From an uncultured Actinomycetota bacterium (lineage in GTDB: Bacteria; Actinomycetota; Actinomycetes; JADGOV01), in assembly GCA_963814355.1 (NCBI GenBank), contig CAWFCZ010000018.1:1064141-1128140 (forward strand): a stretch of DNA of 64,000 bases, read 5' to 3'. The notes beneath the pieces are model-generated. The model ran no database searches. It was given only the letters and a program-made list of their open reading frames with translations, and was not told where the DNA came from. Each line of letters begins with the position of its first letter. Position 1 is the first letter of the stretch. The translations under genes were made by a program, and so were the position numbers. Below, one piece after another: positions 19,203-28,172 of the stretch.

Positions 19203-20677
19203 GTACGGCGGAGCGCGTGCCGGTGGCCGAGTTGCGCAACCTGTTCCTCTTCGAAGCCCTGGCCGAAGATCAACTGGCTTGGCTGTCCGAGCACGGCCGG
19301 GTCGAGCGGGTGGCTGCCGGGGGCACGGTCTTCCGGGAGGGCGAGCCGGCGACCTGCTTCTACGTCCTGCTCGAGGGCCGGATCAGCATGACCCGCCAGG
19401 TCGCGGCCGATGAGGTGGAGGTCGTTCGTAGCGAGGAGCGCGGGGTCTACGCCGGGGCCACGCAGGCCTACCTCGAGGACCGGGCCGAGCAGAGCTACCT
19501 GGCCAGCCTGGTCGCGATCACCGACGCGGCCTTCTTCGTTCTCCCGGCGGTGGCCTTCGCCCAGCTGATGCGCGAGTGGTTCCCGATGGCCATGCACCTG
19601 CTGGAGGGGCTCTTCTTCGGGATGCGCAACTCCCAGCAGATCGTCGCCCAGCGCGAGCGCCTGCTGGCACTGGGGTCGCTCACCGCCGGCCTGACCCACG
19701 AGCTCAACAATCCGGCGGCGGCCGCGGTGCGGGCGACCTCCGCGCTACGGGAGCGGGTTGCCGGCATGCGACACAAGCTCGCGATGCTGGCCGGCGGTCA
19801 GTTGGACCGGGACCAGCTGCAGGCCCTGACGCTGCTGCAGGAAGACGCGGTGGAGCGGGCAGCCAAGGCTCCGAAGCTCTCCCCGCTCGCGGTCAGCGAC
19901 GCCGAAGACGAGCTTGGCGACTGGCTGGCCGAGGCCGGGATCGACGACGCGTGGTCGCTGGCGCCGGTGTTCGTGGCCGCCGGGCTCGGGCTTGAGTGGG
20001 CGGCGGGGGTCGCCGAGGCCGTCGACCCGCAGGTGTGCGACGGCGCCTTCCGCTGGCTGGCGTACACCCTGGAGACGGAGTCGCTGATGCGGGAGATCGA
20101 AGACGCCACCACCCGGGTCTCGACGCTGGTCGGCGCCGCCAAGCAGTACTCCCGGCTGGACCGGACGCCGTACCGCATGATCGACGTTCACGACGGGTTG
20201 GACAACACGTTGGCCATGTTGGCGGGCAAGATCGGCCCTCGAGTGGAGGTGGTGACCGACTACGACCGGGGGCTACCGCCGCTGCCGGCCTACGCCGACG
20301 AGCTCAACCAGGTCTGGACCAACCTGGTGGACAACGCGGCCGCCGCGATGGGCGGTACCGGGACGCTGACCGTCCGAACATCCCGGCGCGACGAGATGGC
20401 GATCGTGGAGGTGATCGACACCGGCCCCGGCATCCCGGCGCAGAACCTGGGGCGGGTCTTCGAGCCGTTCTTCACCACTAAGCCGGTAGGCGAGGGCACC
20501 GGGCTCGGCCTGGACATCTCCTACCGGATCGTGGTGAGCCGGCATCACGGCGACCTCCGGGTGTCCTCCGTTCCCGGTCACACCCGCTTCGAGGTACGGC
20601 TCCCGTTGCTCCCCCCGACCCAGTCCGTTCCGCCGCCGGAGCCGAGCGCCTCGGCGCCCCCTCCGGGACCGTCCTGA
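19199..20677 (+). CDS. Cyclic-nucleotide-binding domain histidine kinase (soluble)
   Basis: N-terminal cNMP-binding fold (LF..L, FREGE); THELNNP H-box, NQVWTNLVDNA, DTGPGI, FFTTK, GTGLGL. Confidence 0.9.
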   Translation: MSTAERVPVAELRNLFLFEALAEDQLAWLSEHGRVERVAAGGTVFREGEPATCFYVLLEGRISMTRQVAADEVEVVRSEERGVYAGATQAYLEDRAEQSYLASLVAITDAAFFVLPAVAFAQLMREWFPMAMHLLEGLFFGMRNSQQIVAQRERLLALGSLTAGLTHELNNPAAAAVRATSALRERVAGMRHKLAMLAGGQLDRDQLQALTLLQEDAVERAAKAPKLSPLAVSDAEDELGDWLAEAGIDDAWSLAPVFVAAGLGLEWAAGVAEAVDPQVCDGAFRWLAYTLETESLMREIEDATTRVSTLVGAAKQYSRLDRTPYRMIDVHDGLDNTLAMLAGKIGPRVEVVTDYDRGLPPLPAYADELNQVWTNLVDNAAAAMGGTGTLTVRTSRRDEMAIVEVIDTGPGIPAQNLGRVFEPFFTTKPVGEGTGLGLDISYRIVVSRHHGDLRVSSVPGHTRFEVRLPLLPPTQSVPPPEPSASAPPPGPS

Positions 20678-20721
20678 ACAAGCCCCCGACCTGGCCACGC
20701 CCCGACCCTCCAGGAGCAGTC

Positions 20722-20979
20722 ATGCCCACCTGCACCCATCTCGAGGAGATCCGCGACGTCCAGCCGGACAGCACGCAGGGCTGCCCGGACTGCCTGGCCG
20801 AGGGCAGCCGCTGGGTTCACCTGCGGGAATGCCTCAGCTGCGGCCACGTCGGCTGCTGCGACTCCTCTCCCAGGCGGCACGCCACCGCCCACTTTCGAGC
20901 CACCAGGCACCCGATCATGCGCTCCTTCGAACCAGGCGAGGACTGGCGGTGGTGCTTCGTCGACCAGGCGGTGGTCTGA
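20722..20979 (+). CDS. UBP-type zinc finger protein
   Basis: CTHL, GC.DC, WVHLREC..CGHVGCCDSS..RHATAH, EPGEDWRWCFVD; AGGAG SD. Confidence 0.9.
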   Translation: MPTCTHLEEIRDVQPDSTQGCPDCLAEGSRWVHLRECLSCGHVGCCDSSPRRHATAHFRATRHPIMRSFEPGEDWRWCFVDQAVV

Positions 20980-21023
20980 CGACGTCGCGCTGGCACGGCG
21001 ATCCTCATGGTGCTTCCGAGGGC

Positions 21024-21063
21024 GTAGCATCTGTAGCGGTTGGTAGCAGTGCGGGGATAGACT
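21024..21063 (+). promoter_or_regulatory. vapB1 promoter/operator: three GTAGC(A/G) repeats and TAGACT -10 hexamer (leaderless)
   Basis: GTAGCA 21024, GTAGCG 21033, GTAGCA 21043; TAGACT at 21058-21063, 6 nt before ATG. Confidence 0.55.
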
Positions 21064-21069
21064 CCGGCC

Positions 21070-21324
21070 ATGACGAGGGAAATCAGTCAACGCGAACTGC
21101 GCAATGACAGCGGTTCGATCCTTCGCGCGGTGGAAGCGGGTGAAGACTTCGTCGTGACTCGTAACGGAACCGCACTTGCCGAGTTGCGCCCGTTGGGTCG
21201 CCGGCGCTTCGTCGCCAAGAGCGAACTCTTGGCGAGCGCTCGACGGCTGGCGCCCATGGATGCCGCAGCTTTCCGCTCAGATATCGACGAGGCACTTGAC
21301 CAGGGTCTTGATCGCGATCTCTAA
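21070..21324 (+). CDS. vapB: Type II antitoxin, Phd/YefM family
   Basis: ISQRELRN...VEAGEDFVVTRNG...AELRP; TAATG-coupled to PIN toxin. Confidence 0.88.
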   Translation: MTREISQRELRNDSGSILRAVEAGEDFVVTRNGTALAELRPLGRRRFVAKSELLASARRLAPMDAAAFRSDIDEALDQGLDRDL

Positions 21325-21719
21325 TGCCTGAGGCCGGCATTCTGGACACATCCGTCGTGATCGACCTGCCCCGGATCGCCGGCCGGCTACTTCCAGCCGA
21401 ATCCGCGATCACCGCCGTGACGCTCGCTGAACTCGGCGCAGGTCCGCACGCCACGACCGATGCGATCGAGAGGTCGATTCGCCAGGAACGGCTCCAGTGG
21501 GCGGAGGCAACCTTCGACGCCCTGCCGTTCGACGAAGTCGCGGCCCGGGCCTATGGACGGGTATATGCCCTCGCTCGAGTAGCCCGGCGACAGCCCGGCG
21601 GGCGTCTGGCCGACCTCATGATCGCGTCTATCGCCGCATCCCACCAGCTGCCGCTCTACACGAGAAATCCCGCAGACTTCCCTGACCTGTCATCGATGGT
21701 CACAGTCCTCGCCGTCTGA
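21324..21719 (+). CDS. vapC: Type II toxin, VapC PIN domain
   Basis: ILDTSVVID, TLAEL, DLMIASIA, LYTRNPADF. Confidence 0.9.
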   Translation: MPEAGILDTSVVIDLPRIAGRLLPAESAITAVTLAELGAGPHATTDAIERSIRQERLQWAEATFDALPFDEVAARAYGRVYALARVARRQPGGRLADLMIASIAASHQLPLYTRNPADFPDLSSMVTVLAV

Positions 21720-21905
21720 CGTCGCGCCGTGCCCGCCTGGCAAGCGCGACAAGCGTTCGGCTTCCGCACGCGGGAACGCATCTCGGCGACGCTCGCGTTG
21801 CGCTCTCGGTGGTCGGCGAGACGTCGCTGTGCGGGGACCCGCTAGCCACCCTCGGGATGCCGCGAGGCTCGGACGGGTGAGCCGAGCCAGCGCAGCACAT
21901 GGTGG

Positions 21906-22304
21906 TCAGCTCGGTGAAACGACCGGCAAGCCGGCGTGAGTGGCAGCATTGCGCAGCCGCGTGTCATAGGCGAGGAATGCTGACAGGGACGAGCCGATTC
22001 GTCGGGCTGTCGCAAGATGGATCGCGTCCAGCGTCCGCAAAGCTAGTGGGTCAAGTACGGCTGCGTCGGCCAATAACTCGGGCGTCATGAGGATCAGGTC
22101 TGTTCCGGCGAGCACCGTCTCCGCCGACGTCGCCGCGGTGGGGCTATGGCGCCGGGCAGCCCTCGTCAGCTCGACGCGCGTCACAATGGAGCTTGCGAAC
22201 GTCGATTGATCCGAACGGCCCATCCAGTCCAGCAAGGCCTCGGTCTCTGCCTCGCGGACCACGAGCTTGACCAACGCCGAGGTGTCGACGTAAGCGACAC
22301 TCAC
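21906..22304 (-). CDS. vapC: Type II toxin, VapC PIN domain
   Basis: YVDTSALVKL, LRTLDAIHLA, AYD.RL. Confidence 0.9.
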   Translation of the reverse strand: MSVAYVDTSALVKLVVREAETEALLDWMGRSDQSTFASSIVTRVELTRAARRHSPTAATSAETVLAGTDLILMTPELLADAAVLDPLALRTLDAIHLATARRIGSSLSAFLAYDTRLRNAATHAGLPVVSPS

Positions 22305-22567
22305 CGGGCATCGTCGCGATCTTCGGCGAGCCGATCAGTGAGTGTCGGCCCTGCCTCGCTCGCAATCGGTGCCACGTCACTCAAGGAGCCGTGTGCCCGG
22401 AGCACCGCACCCGAGGCGGTCAGTCGATCCCAATCCGAGCCGGCGATCGGCGCGAGGGACGCGATCGGGCGGCCGCGATCGGTGATCGTAAAACTCTCGC
22501 CGGCCGCGACCCGGGCCAGCCAGCGACTGGCGTGCTGTCGAAGCTCTCGAACGCCGATGGATTCCAA
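22301..22567 (-). CDS. vapB: Type II antitoxin, Phd/YefM family
   Basis: IGVRELRQHAS...AGESFTITDRGRPIA; GTGA overlap with toxin. Confidence 0.88.
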   Translation of the reverse strand: MESIGVRELRQHASRWLARVAAGESFTITDRGRPIASLAPIAGSDWDRLTASGAVLRAHGSLSDVAPIASEAGPTLTDRLAEDRDDAR

Positions 22568-22568
22568 G

Positions 22569-22583
22569 TGCTACACAGTAGCA
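22569..22583. promoter_or_regulatory. vapB2 operator palindrome TGCTAC-ACA-GTAGCA
   Basis: Inverted repeat immediately upstream of antitoxin start, overlapping a TACTGT -10-like hexamer on the minus strand. Confidence 0.65.
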
Positions 22584-22625
22584 TCAAGCCTGAGCGGCGT
22601 CGTGGGCGGATCCACGTTCGGCGAA

Positions 22626-24212
22626 TCAGCTGCGGGACAGGATCGCCTCCTCCAGGTCCAGATCCCGCTGTACCCGGCGGAGCAGGTCGTCGGTGATGTC
22701 CCCACGGTCGCGCAGCGCCACGAACTCGGTCCGTTCGGCGAGCAGCATCTGCAGCCGTAGCCGCCGGTAGGCCGCGGTCGGGGTCTCCGATCCCAGCGTG
22801 CCGCCGCGACCGCCCCCGAGGCGCTCCCAGGCGGAGAGCTGGCGGATCTCCGCCTTCTCGCGCAACTGCTCGGCCACGCCGTCCGGGGCCGGCTCGGCCG
22901 CCAGCAATTCCTCCAGCCGGCGCAGCGCCGCGTCGGCGGCACCCTGCTGCGCCGCCGCCTCGGCAAGGATCTCCCCGGTTTCGTCCCGGCGCAGCCCGGA
23001 GCGGCGGACCGCTGCGGACAAAGTGAATCCCTGGCCGATGAGGGTGGCCAGGATCACCATCAGCGTAAGGAAGAGGAGTACCGGCCGCTGGGGGAACGGC
23101 GCCCCGGAGTCCGTGGTCAGCGGCAGGCTGAAGGCGGCGGCCAGCGACACCACGCCGCGCATCCCGGCCCAGGAGATCACCGCCGGCGCCTGCCACGGCG
23201 GCGACGGATCGCGTTCCCGCAGCCGGGGACTCAGCCCCCGGGGCAGATAGGTGGCCGGAAACACCCAGACGAATCGGCCGAGTACCACCGCGGCAATGAC
23301 GGCGCCCGCCGCGCCGACCAGACCGCCCACCGAGTGACCCTCCAGCCCGCGCAGGATGTCCGGCAGTTGCAACCCGATGAGAGCGAAGACGATGCCCTCC
23401 AGGAGGAAGTCGATCAACCGCCAGATCGCGTGCTCCGCAAGCCGGGCGGCCGGCGACATCAGCACCGGCGCCTGGTGGCTGAGCCGCAGACCGGCGACCA
23501 CGACTGCTAACACGCCACTGGCGTCCATCGCCTCGGCGGGCAGGTAGGCGAGGAACGGGGTCAGCAGCGACACCGTGTTCTCGATCAGCGGGTCGTTGGT
23601 GTGCCGGCGGACGGCGGCGATCAGAGCGGCCACGGCCAAACCGACCGCCGTACCGCCGACCACGGCCACCACCAGGCGCCAGCCGATGTCCAGCACCGAT
23701 ACCCCGCCGCTCACCGTCGCCAGCACGGCAACCCGCAGCAGGACCAGCGCGGTGCCGTCGTTGAGCAGGCTCTCCCCCTCCAGGATCGTGAGTATGCGCG
23801 GCGGCAGCCCCACCCGCCGGGCGATCGCCGTGGCGGCCACCGCGTCGGTCGGTCCGAGTACGGCGCCCAGCGCGATCGCTGCCGACCACGGCAACCCGGG
23901 TACTACCAGCCTGGCGACCACGGCCACAACGGCGGCCGTAAAGGCCACCAGCCCGACCGACAGCAGCCCGATCGGCCGGGCGTTGGCCCGGACGGCGGTG
24001 AGCGAGGAACCGATCGCCGCCGAATACACCAGCGGTGGCAGGAAGAACGTCAGCACGACGTCGGGGTCGAGGTGGTACGCGGGCACGCCCGGCACGGCGG
24101 ATGCCGCCAGGCCGGCCAGCACCAGCAGGACCGGCGCGGATAGGTTGAAGCGCCGCGCCACCCCGGCCACAACGGCCACGCCGACGATCAATACCAAGGT
24201 CTGCAACAGCAC
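22626..24212 (-). CDS. Na+/H+ antiporter (CPA1 family)
   Basis: FLPPLVY, LGPTDAVA, LEGESLLNDG, WAGMRGVVSLAAA, C-terminal LDLEE. Confidence 0.92.
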   Translation of the reverse strand: MLLQTLVLIVGVAVVAGVARRFNLSAPVLLVLAGLAASAVPGVPAYHLDPDVVLTFFLPPLVYSAAIGSSLTAVRANARPIGLLSVGLVAFTAAVVAVVARLVVPGLPWSAAIALGAVLGPTDAVAATAIARRVGLPPRILTILEGESLLNDGTALVLLRVAVLATVSGGVSVLDIGWRLVVAVVGGTAVGLAVAALIAAVRRHTNDPLIENTVSLLTPFLAYLPAEAMDASGVLAVVVAGLRLSHQAPVLMSPAARLAEHAIWRLIDFLLEGIVFALIGLQLPDILRGLEGHSVGGLVGAAGAVIAAVVLGRFVWVFPATYLPRGLSPRLRERDPSPPWQAPAVISWAGMRGVVSLAAAFSLPLTTDSGAPFPQRPVLLFLTLMVILATLIGQGFTLSAAVRRSGLRRDETGEILAEAAAQQGAADAALRRLEELLAAEPAPDGVAEQLREKAEIRQLSAWERLGGGRGGTLGSETPTAAYRRLRLQMLLAERTEFVALRDRGDITDDLLRRVQRDLDLEEAILSRS

Positions 24213-24319
24213 GCGGCAGTCCTCCCGTTGGGTAGTCGGTGTACCGAGACGGCAAGCGTGCTCCGGCCGCCGGCATTCCGCCGCCGGGCGGTGCCGTCGG
24301 TAACGCTGCCGGCCAGTGG

Positions 24320-25198
24320 CTACGACGGCCAGATGGTGTAGCCGGTGAAACCCATCTGGAAGCCGCTGAACGGCGGACGGTTGCCGTTGATGTTGATCCA
24401 GTCACCGCACGGGCGCATCTGGGCCAACCCCGGCCCGACGTTCTCCACGGTGATCCCGCCGTGGAGCAGCGCACGGGTGGTGGCCTGCAGGCGGGTGTCC
24501 GCGGTGGCGTCCGGCCCGAGCGTGTCGGCGCCGATGGCGGTGATGCGGCGGGAATCGTAGAGCCAATCCACCGCCGCCCCGTGGAAGCCCGGCGCCGGAG
24601 TGGTCACGTACGGCGAGTTCTCTCCGCTGCCCTGACCGAACAGCTCCGCGTACCCGGTCAGCAGCAGGACGCAGCCGCGCGGCGGGATGCTGCAATGCCG
24701 GGACTCCCAGCGTCGCAGGTCGGGTACGCCGATCTCGAAGTGCGGGCCGTCCGCGGCGATTCGTCTCCGCACGTCGAGAATGGCCAGCGGCATCAAGGTC
24801 CAGTCCTCACCGATGTCGTCCAGCCGGTCGCCGCCCAGGATGAAGTGCACCGGGGCGGAGATGTGGCTGGCGGTGTGAGTGCCCAGGTTGGTGATCCGCT
24901 CCAGCAGGTATCCGCCGTCGTCGTGCGCCGGGGTCCGGGTGTCCACGAAGTGCGGCTGGACGCCGAAGCGCGGATCGCCGGGATAGCTCGGCACCCCGCG
25001 GCGCAGCGACAGGGTGAGCGGCACCTTCCGGGCGGTTCGCGGATCGACCTCCCGGTAGTTGGGCGGGATACCGTCGGGGGCGCGGCGGTCGGCGGCCCGG
25101 GCGCGGGGGCCGCGCCCTACGCTTCCGGTCACCGCCGCAGCAACCGCGGCCGCCGAGGTACCGAGCAGCCGACGACGGTCAAAGCGCTGGTGACTCAT
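24320..25198 (-). CDS. Cyclase (kynurenine formamidase-like) family protein with Tat-like signal
   Basis: AAGGAGG SD, ATG 25198; DRRRLLG signal; HTASHISAPVHF, PGF, IGADTLGPD, VEN. Confidence 0.8.
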   Translation of the reverse strand: MSHQRFDRRRLLGTSAAAVAAAVTGSVGRGPRARAADRRAPDGIPPNYREVDPRTARKVPLTLSLRRGVPSYPGDPRFGVQPHFVDTRTPAHDDGGYLLERITNLGTHTASHISAPVHFILGGDRLDDIGEDWTLMPLAILDVRRRIAADGPHFEIGVPDLRRWESRHCSIPPRGCVLLLTGYAELFGQGSGENSPYVTTPAPGFHGAAVDWLYDSRRITAIGADTLGPDATADTRLQATTRALLHGGITVENVGPGLAQMRPCGDWININGNRPPFSGFQMGFTGYTIWPS

Positions 25199-25706
25199 GG
25201 CGCCCTCCTTCGGAGCCTTCCGGGCGTACCGCCGGCACGCAAGCCGCCAGCCGGTCGGCGAGCCCGTCGAGGCCGCGCCGGACCTGGTCGGCGTAGCCGT
25301 CGGCGGCGAGAGCCCAGCAGGCGTCCCGGCCGCGGCGCAGGTGGCGCCCGGCTGCCTCGAAGTTTCCGACCTTGCGGTAGGACTCCCCGGCGTTGAGGTG
25401 CAGCGACGGCAACAGCCCCTCCGCCGGACCGGCGAGGCCGGCTCGGTGGGCGCGGTCGGCACTGACCCCGGCGGCGGCGTCCAGCGCCCGCAGGTCCCAC
25501 TCCAGCTCGGCAGCCGGGTCGTCCTGGACGTCGGCCATGGCGTGGCCCACCGCGCAGCGGTGCAGCGCATCGCCGGCCGGGCCGATCTCCGCCCATAGCC
25601 GGGCCAGCTCGAGTCGGGCGCCCGGGCGGTCCCCGCGCACGCCGACGCCGACCGCCGCCGCCACCCGGGCCAGCACAGCGTCCCCCGGTGCCACGTCATT
25701 CGCCAT
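25179..25706 (-). CDS. TPR-like helical hypothetical protein
   Basis: GGAGG SD; HRCAVGHAMADVQDD...ELEWDLRAL, SLHLN.GE.YRK pattern typical of a conserved actinobacterial protein. Confidence 0.65.
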   Translation of the reverse strand: MANDVAPGDAVLARVAAAVGVGVRGDRPGARLELARLWAEIGPAGDALHRCAVGHAMADVQDDPAAELEWDLRALDAAAGVSADRAHRAGLAGPAEGLLPSLHLNAGESYRKVGNFEAAGRHLRRGRDACWALAADGYADQVRRGLDGLADRLAACVPAVRPEGSEGGRHESPAL

Positions 25707-25789
25707 GGTTGCCTCCGCACCGTCGGTGTGGAGCGCAACCATAGCGGCGCGGACGGACAGGATCCGGTCCCTTCCGCCAGCCTCCGGCC

Positions 25790-26220
25790 TCAGCCGGACG
25801 GCACCTCGACGGTGATGGTGACTCGTACCAGCGCCGGGAAGGCGGCGTCGAGGCGAAGCCGAAGCGCGCCGGCGGGTCGATGCCGCGAAGTCCCCCCAGC
25901 TCACGACCGTCGATTACGGCGCTGGCCCGGCCGATCCGGTGCAGATCCTGCGCGCCGTACCACTCCCTTCGGCCCGACTCCGCGCTGCCGTAGGTCCGCA
26001 CGCCGGGCAGCAGCAGCCGGGCCGCGCGTCGATCAGCTGCACGCCACTGCGGCGTCCGGGCGAGCCTGGCCGGTACGGCGCGCAGCAGCAGCCCCAGTGC
26101 ACCGCGTCGCCCAACCTCGAAACTCAGCCGCAGCGCGCCGGCGGTGACCGTCCAGGTGTCCCCCGCCGCCGACACCGTCACCGGGTGATCTCGACCCGTC
26201 ATCGACGCCACCGTAGCCAC
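25790..26220 (-). pseudogene. Truncated/frameshifted conserved hypothetical gene
   Basis: LLPGVRTYGSA..GRREWYGA.D.H and PP.RFGF.STP motifs; continuation PALVRVTITVE is in a different frame; no proper 5' end. Confidence 0.5.
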
Positions 26221-26290
26221 CCGTCAAGTCTTTGGCCACGGACAGCAAACGCACAGCCTCCGTCCAGGTCCGGCAGCCACCGTCGATGGC

Positions 26291-27700
26291 GTGACCACGA
26301 CCATCACGACGGGCGGGCTCCCCAGGGTGGCCGCCTCTGCTCGCCCGGTGGCGTCGCCCACCTGGCCGGCCACGCTGGCCGGCTTCCTGGCCTACACCAG
26401 CCTGGTGGTGGTCACGGCGCTGTGGCTGGCGAACCGAGGCGCCCAAGAGCTCTTCGCCGGAACCGGCCCGGCGCTCACCTCAACCGGCCGGCTCGCCGGC
26501 CTGCTGGCCGCCGACCTCCTCCTGCTCCAGGTGTTGGGGATGGCTCGGATCCCCTGGGTGGAGCGCATCGTGGGCCAGGACCGGCTCGCACGCTGGCACC
26601 GCTGGGCCGGTTTCACCTCGTTCAACCTGATGCTCGGCCACATCGTGCTGGTCACCCTTGGGTACGCGCTGACGACGCACCGCTGGGTGCTTTCCGAGCT
26701 GTGGACCCTGGTCGCGACCTATCCGGGGATGTTGCTGGCCACCGCGGGCGCGTTGCTGCTGGTGCTCGTGGTCATCACCTCCATCCGGGCCGCCCGCCGC
26801 CGGCTGCGGTACGAGTCCTGGCACCTGCTGCACCTCTACGCCTACCTCGGGGTCGGCCTGGCCCTGCCGCATCAGCTGTGGAACGGCGGCGAGTTCGTGT
26901 CCTCCCCGGCGGCCCGGACGTACTGGTGGAGCCTGTACGGCCTCACCCTTATCGCGGTCGTGTCGTACCGCCTCGGCCTGCCGGCTTGGCGCACCCTGCG
27001 CCACCGCTTGGTGGTGGCCAACGTGGTCACCGAGGCACCCGGCGTGGTCTCGCTGCACCTGTCCGGGCGCGCCCTGGCCCGGCTGCCGGCCCGGGCCGGA
27101 CAGTTCTTCATCTGGCGGTTCCTCGACGGGCCGGGCTGGAGCCGTGGCCACCCGTACTCGCTCTCCGCCCCTCCGAACCCGCACCTGCTGCGGCTCACCG
27201 TCAAGGACCTCGGCGACGGGAGCCGGTCGCTGGCCGGCGTTACCCCGGGCACGCGGGTGCTCTTTGAGGGACCGTACGGAGCGCTGACCTCCGGTCGGCG
27301 GACCCGGACCCGGGTGACCCTGCTGGCTGCCGGGATCGGGATAACCCCGCTGCGCGCGCTGTTCGAAGAACTGCCCTGCGAGCCTGGTGACACAACGTTG
27401 GTGATCCGGGCCCGCGGCGAGGCGGAGATCGTCTTCCGAGCCGAGTTGGAGACCCTGGCCGCCGCCCGCGGTGCGCGGCTGCTCTACCTGCTCGGCCCTC
27501 GGGCCCGGCCGGAGTCGTGGCTTCCGGTCTCGATGGGCCACCTCTCCGACAGCATCGCGCTGCGCCAGCTGGTGCCGGACATCGCCGAGCACGACGTCTT
27601 CCTCTGCGGCCCCGACGCCTGGATGGACGCCGTCACCCGGGCGGCCCGGGACGCCGGGGTCGCGGCCGCCCACATCCACACCGAACGCTTCACGTGGTGA
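26291..27700 (+). CDS. Ferric-reductase-like transmembrane protein with FAD- and NAD(P)H-binding domains
   Basis: Heme-type His pattern (WHR, GHI, WHLLH, LPHQ), HPYSLS, EGPYG, GIGITP, CGP, ERFTW. Confidence 0.9.
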   Translation: MTTTITTGGLPRVAASARPVASPTWPATLAGFLAYTSLVVVTALWLANRGAQELFAGTGPALTSTGRLAGLLAADLLLLQVLGMARIPWVERIVGQDRLARWHRWAGFTSFNLMLGHIVLVTLGYALTTHRWVLSELWTLVATYPGMLLATAGALLLVLVVITSIRAARRRLRYESWHLLHLYAYLGVGLALPHQLWNGGEFVSSPAARTYWWSLYGLTLIAVVSYRLGLPAWRTLRHRLVVANVVTEAPGVVSLHLSGRALARLPARAGQFFIWRFLDGPGWSRGHPYSLSAPPNPHLLRLTVKDLGDGSRSLAGVTPGTRVLFEGPYGALTSGRRTRTRVTLLAAGIGITPLRALFEELPCEPGDTTLVIRARGEAEIVFRAELETLAAARGARLLYLLGPRARPESWLPVSMGHLSDSIALRQLVPDIAEHDVFLCGPDAWMDAVTRAARDAGVAAAHIHTERFTW

Positions 27701-27713
27701 ACGGAGATCCGGA

Positions 27714-28172
27714 ATGCGCAAGATCATAGTTGCTTTGGCCGGCACCGCGTCCGGCCTGGTGATGCTCTTCAGCTACTACACCTCGACCGCCGGGGTCGCG
27801 GCTCCGGCCGCCACCGGTCCCGCCACCGACCCAACCGGCACGACCGCCACCCCAGAGCCCGCGACCCCGACGCCGAGCGCCGCCCGCTCGCCGGGAGCTG
27901 GCATCTTCACCGGCAGTGCAACGCCGACGCGGTGGGGGCCGGTACAAGTTCAGGTCACGGTCTCCAATGGCCGGATCAGCAAGGTCACGGTCCTGGAGCA
28001 CCCCCAGGGCAATCCTCGCGACGAGGAGATCAACAGCTACGCGCTGCCCATCCTGACCTCGGAGACCATCGCCGCCCAGAGTGCCCAGATCGACCACGTC
28101 AGCGGGGCCACCGATACCAGTGACGGGTACCTCGCGTCGCTGCAGTCCGCGCTCGACCAGGCGCACCTGTGA
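27714..28172 (+). CDS. Exported FMN-binding protein (flavinylation substrate)
   Basis: N-terminal signal/TM; WGPVQVQV; IDHVSGAT [S/T]GA[S/T] motif. Confidence 0.88.
   Translation: MRKIIVALAGTASGLVMLFSYYTSTAGVAAPAATGPATDPTGTTATPEPATPTPSAARSPGAGIFTGSATPTRWGPVQVQVTVSNGRISKVTVLEHPQGNPRDEEINSYALPILTSETIAAQSAQIDHVSGATDTSDGYLASLQSALDQAHL

Noticed and set aside
22420-24474. 684-aa ORF and other long Arg/Pro/Gly-rich alternative-frame or antisense ORFs (e.g. 17436-19181, 5113-6639, 56629-58137)
   Set aside because: Shadow ORFs expected in high-GC DNA; they overlap well-supported genes and lack motifs
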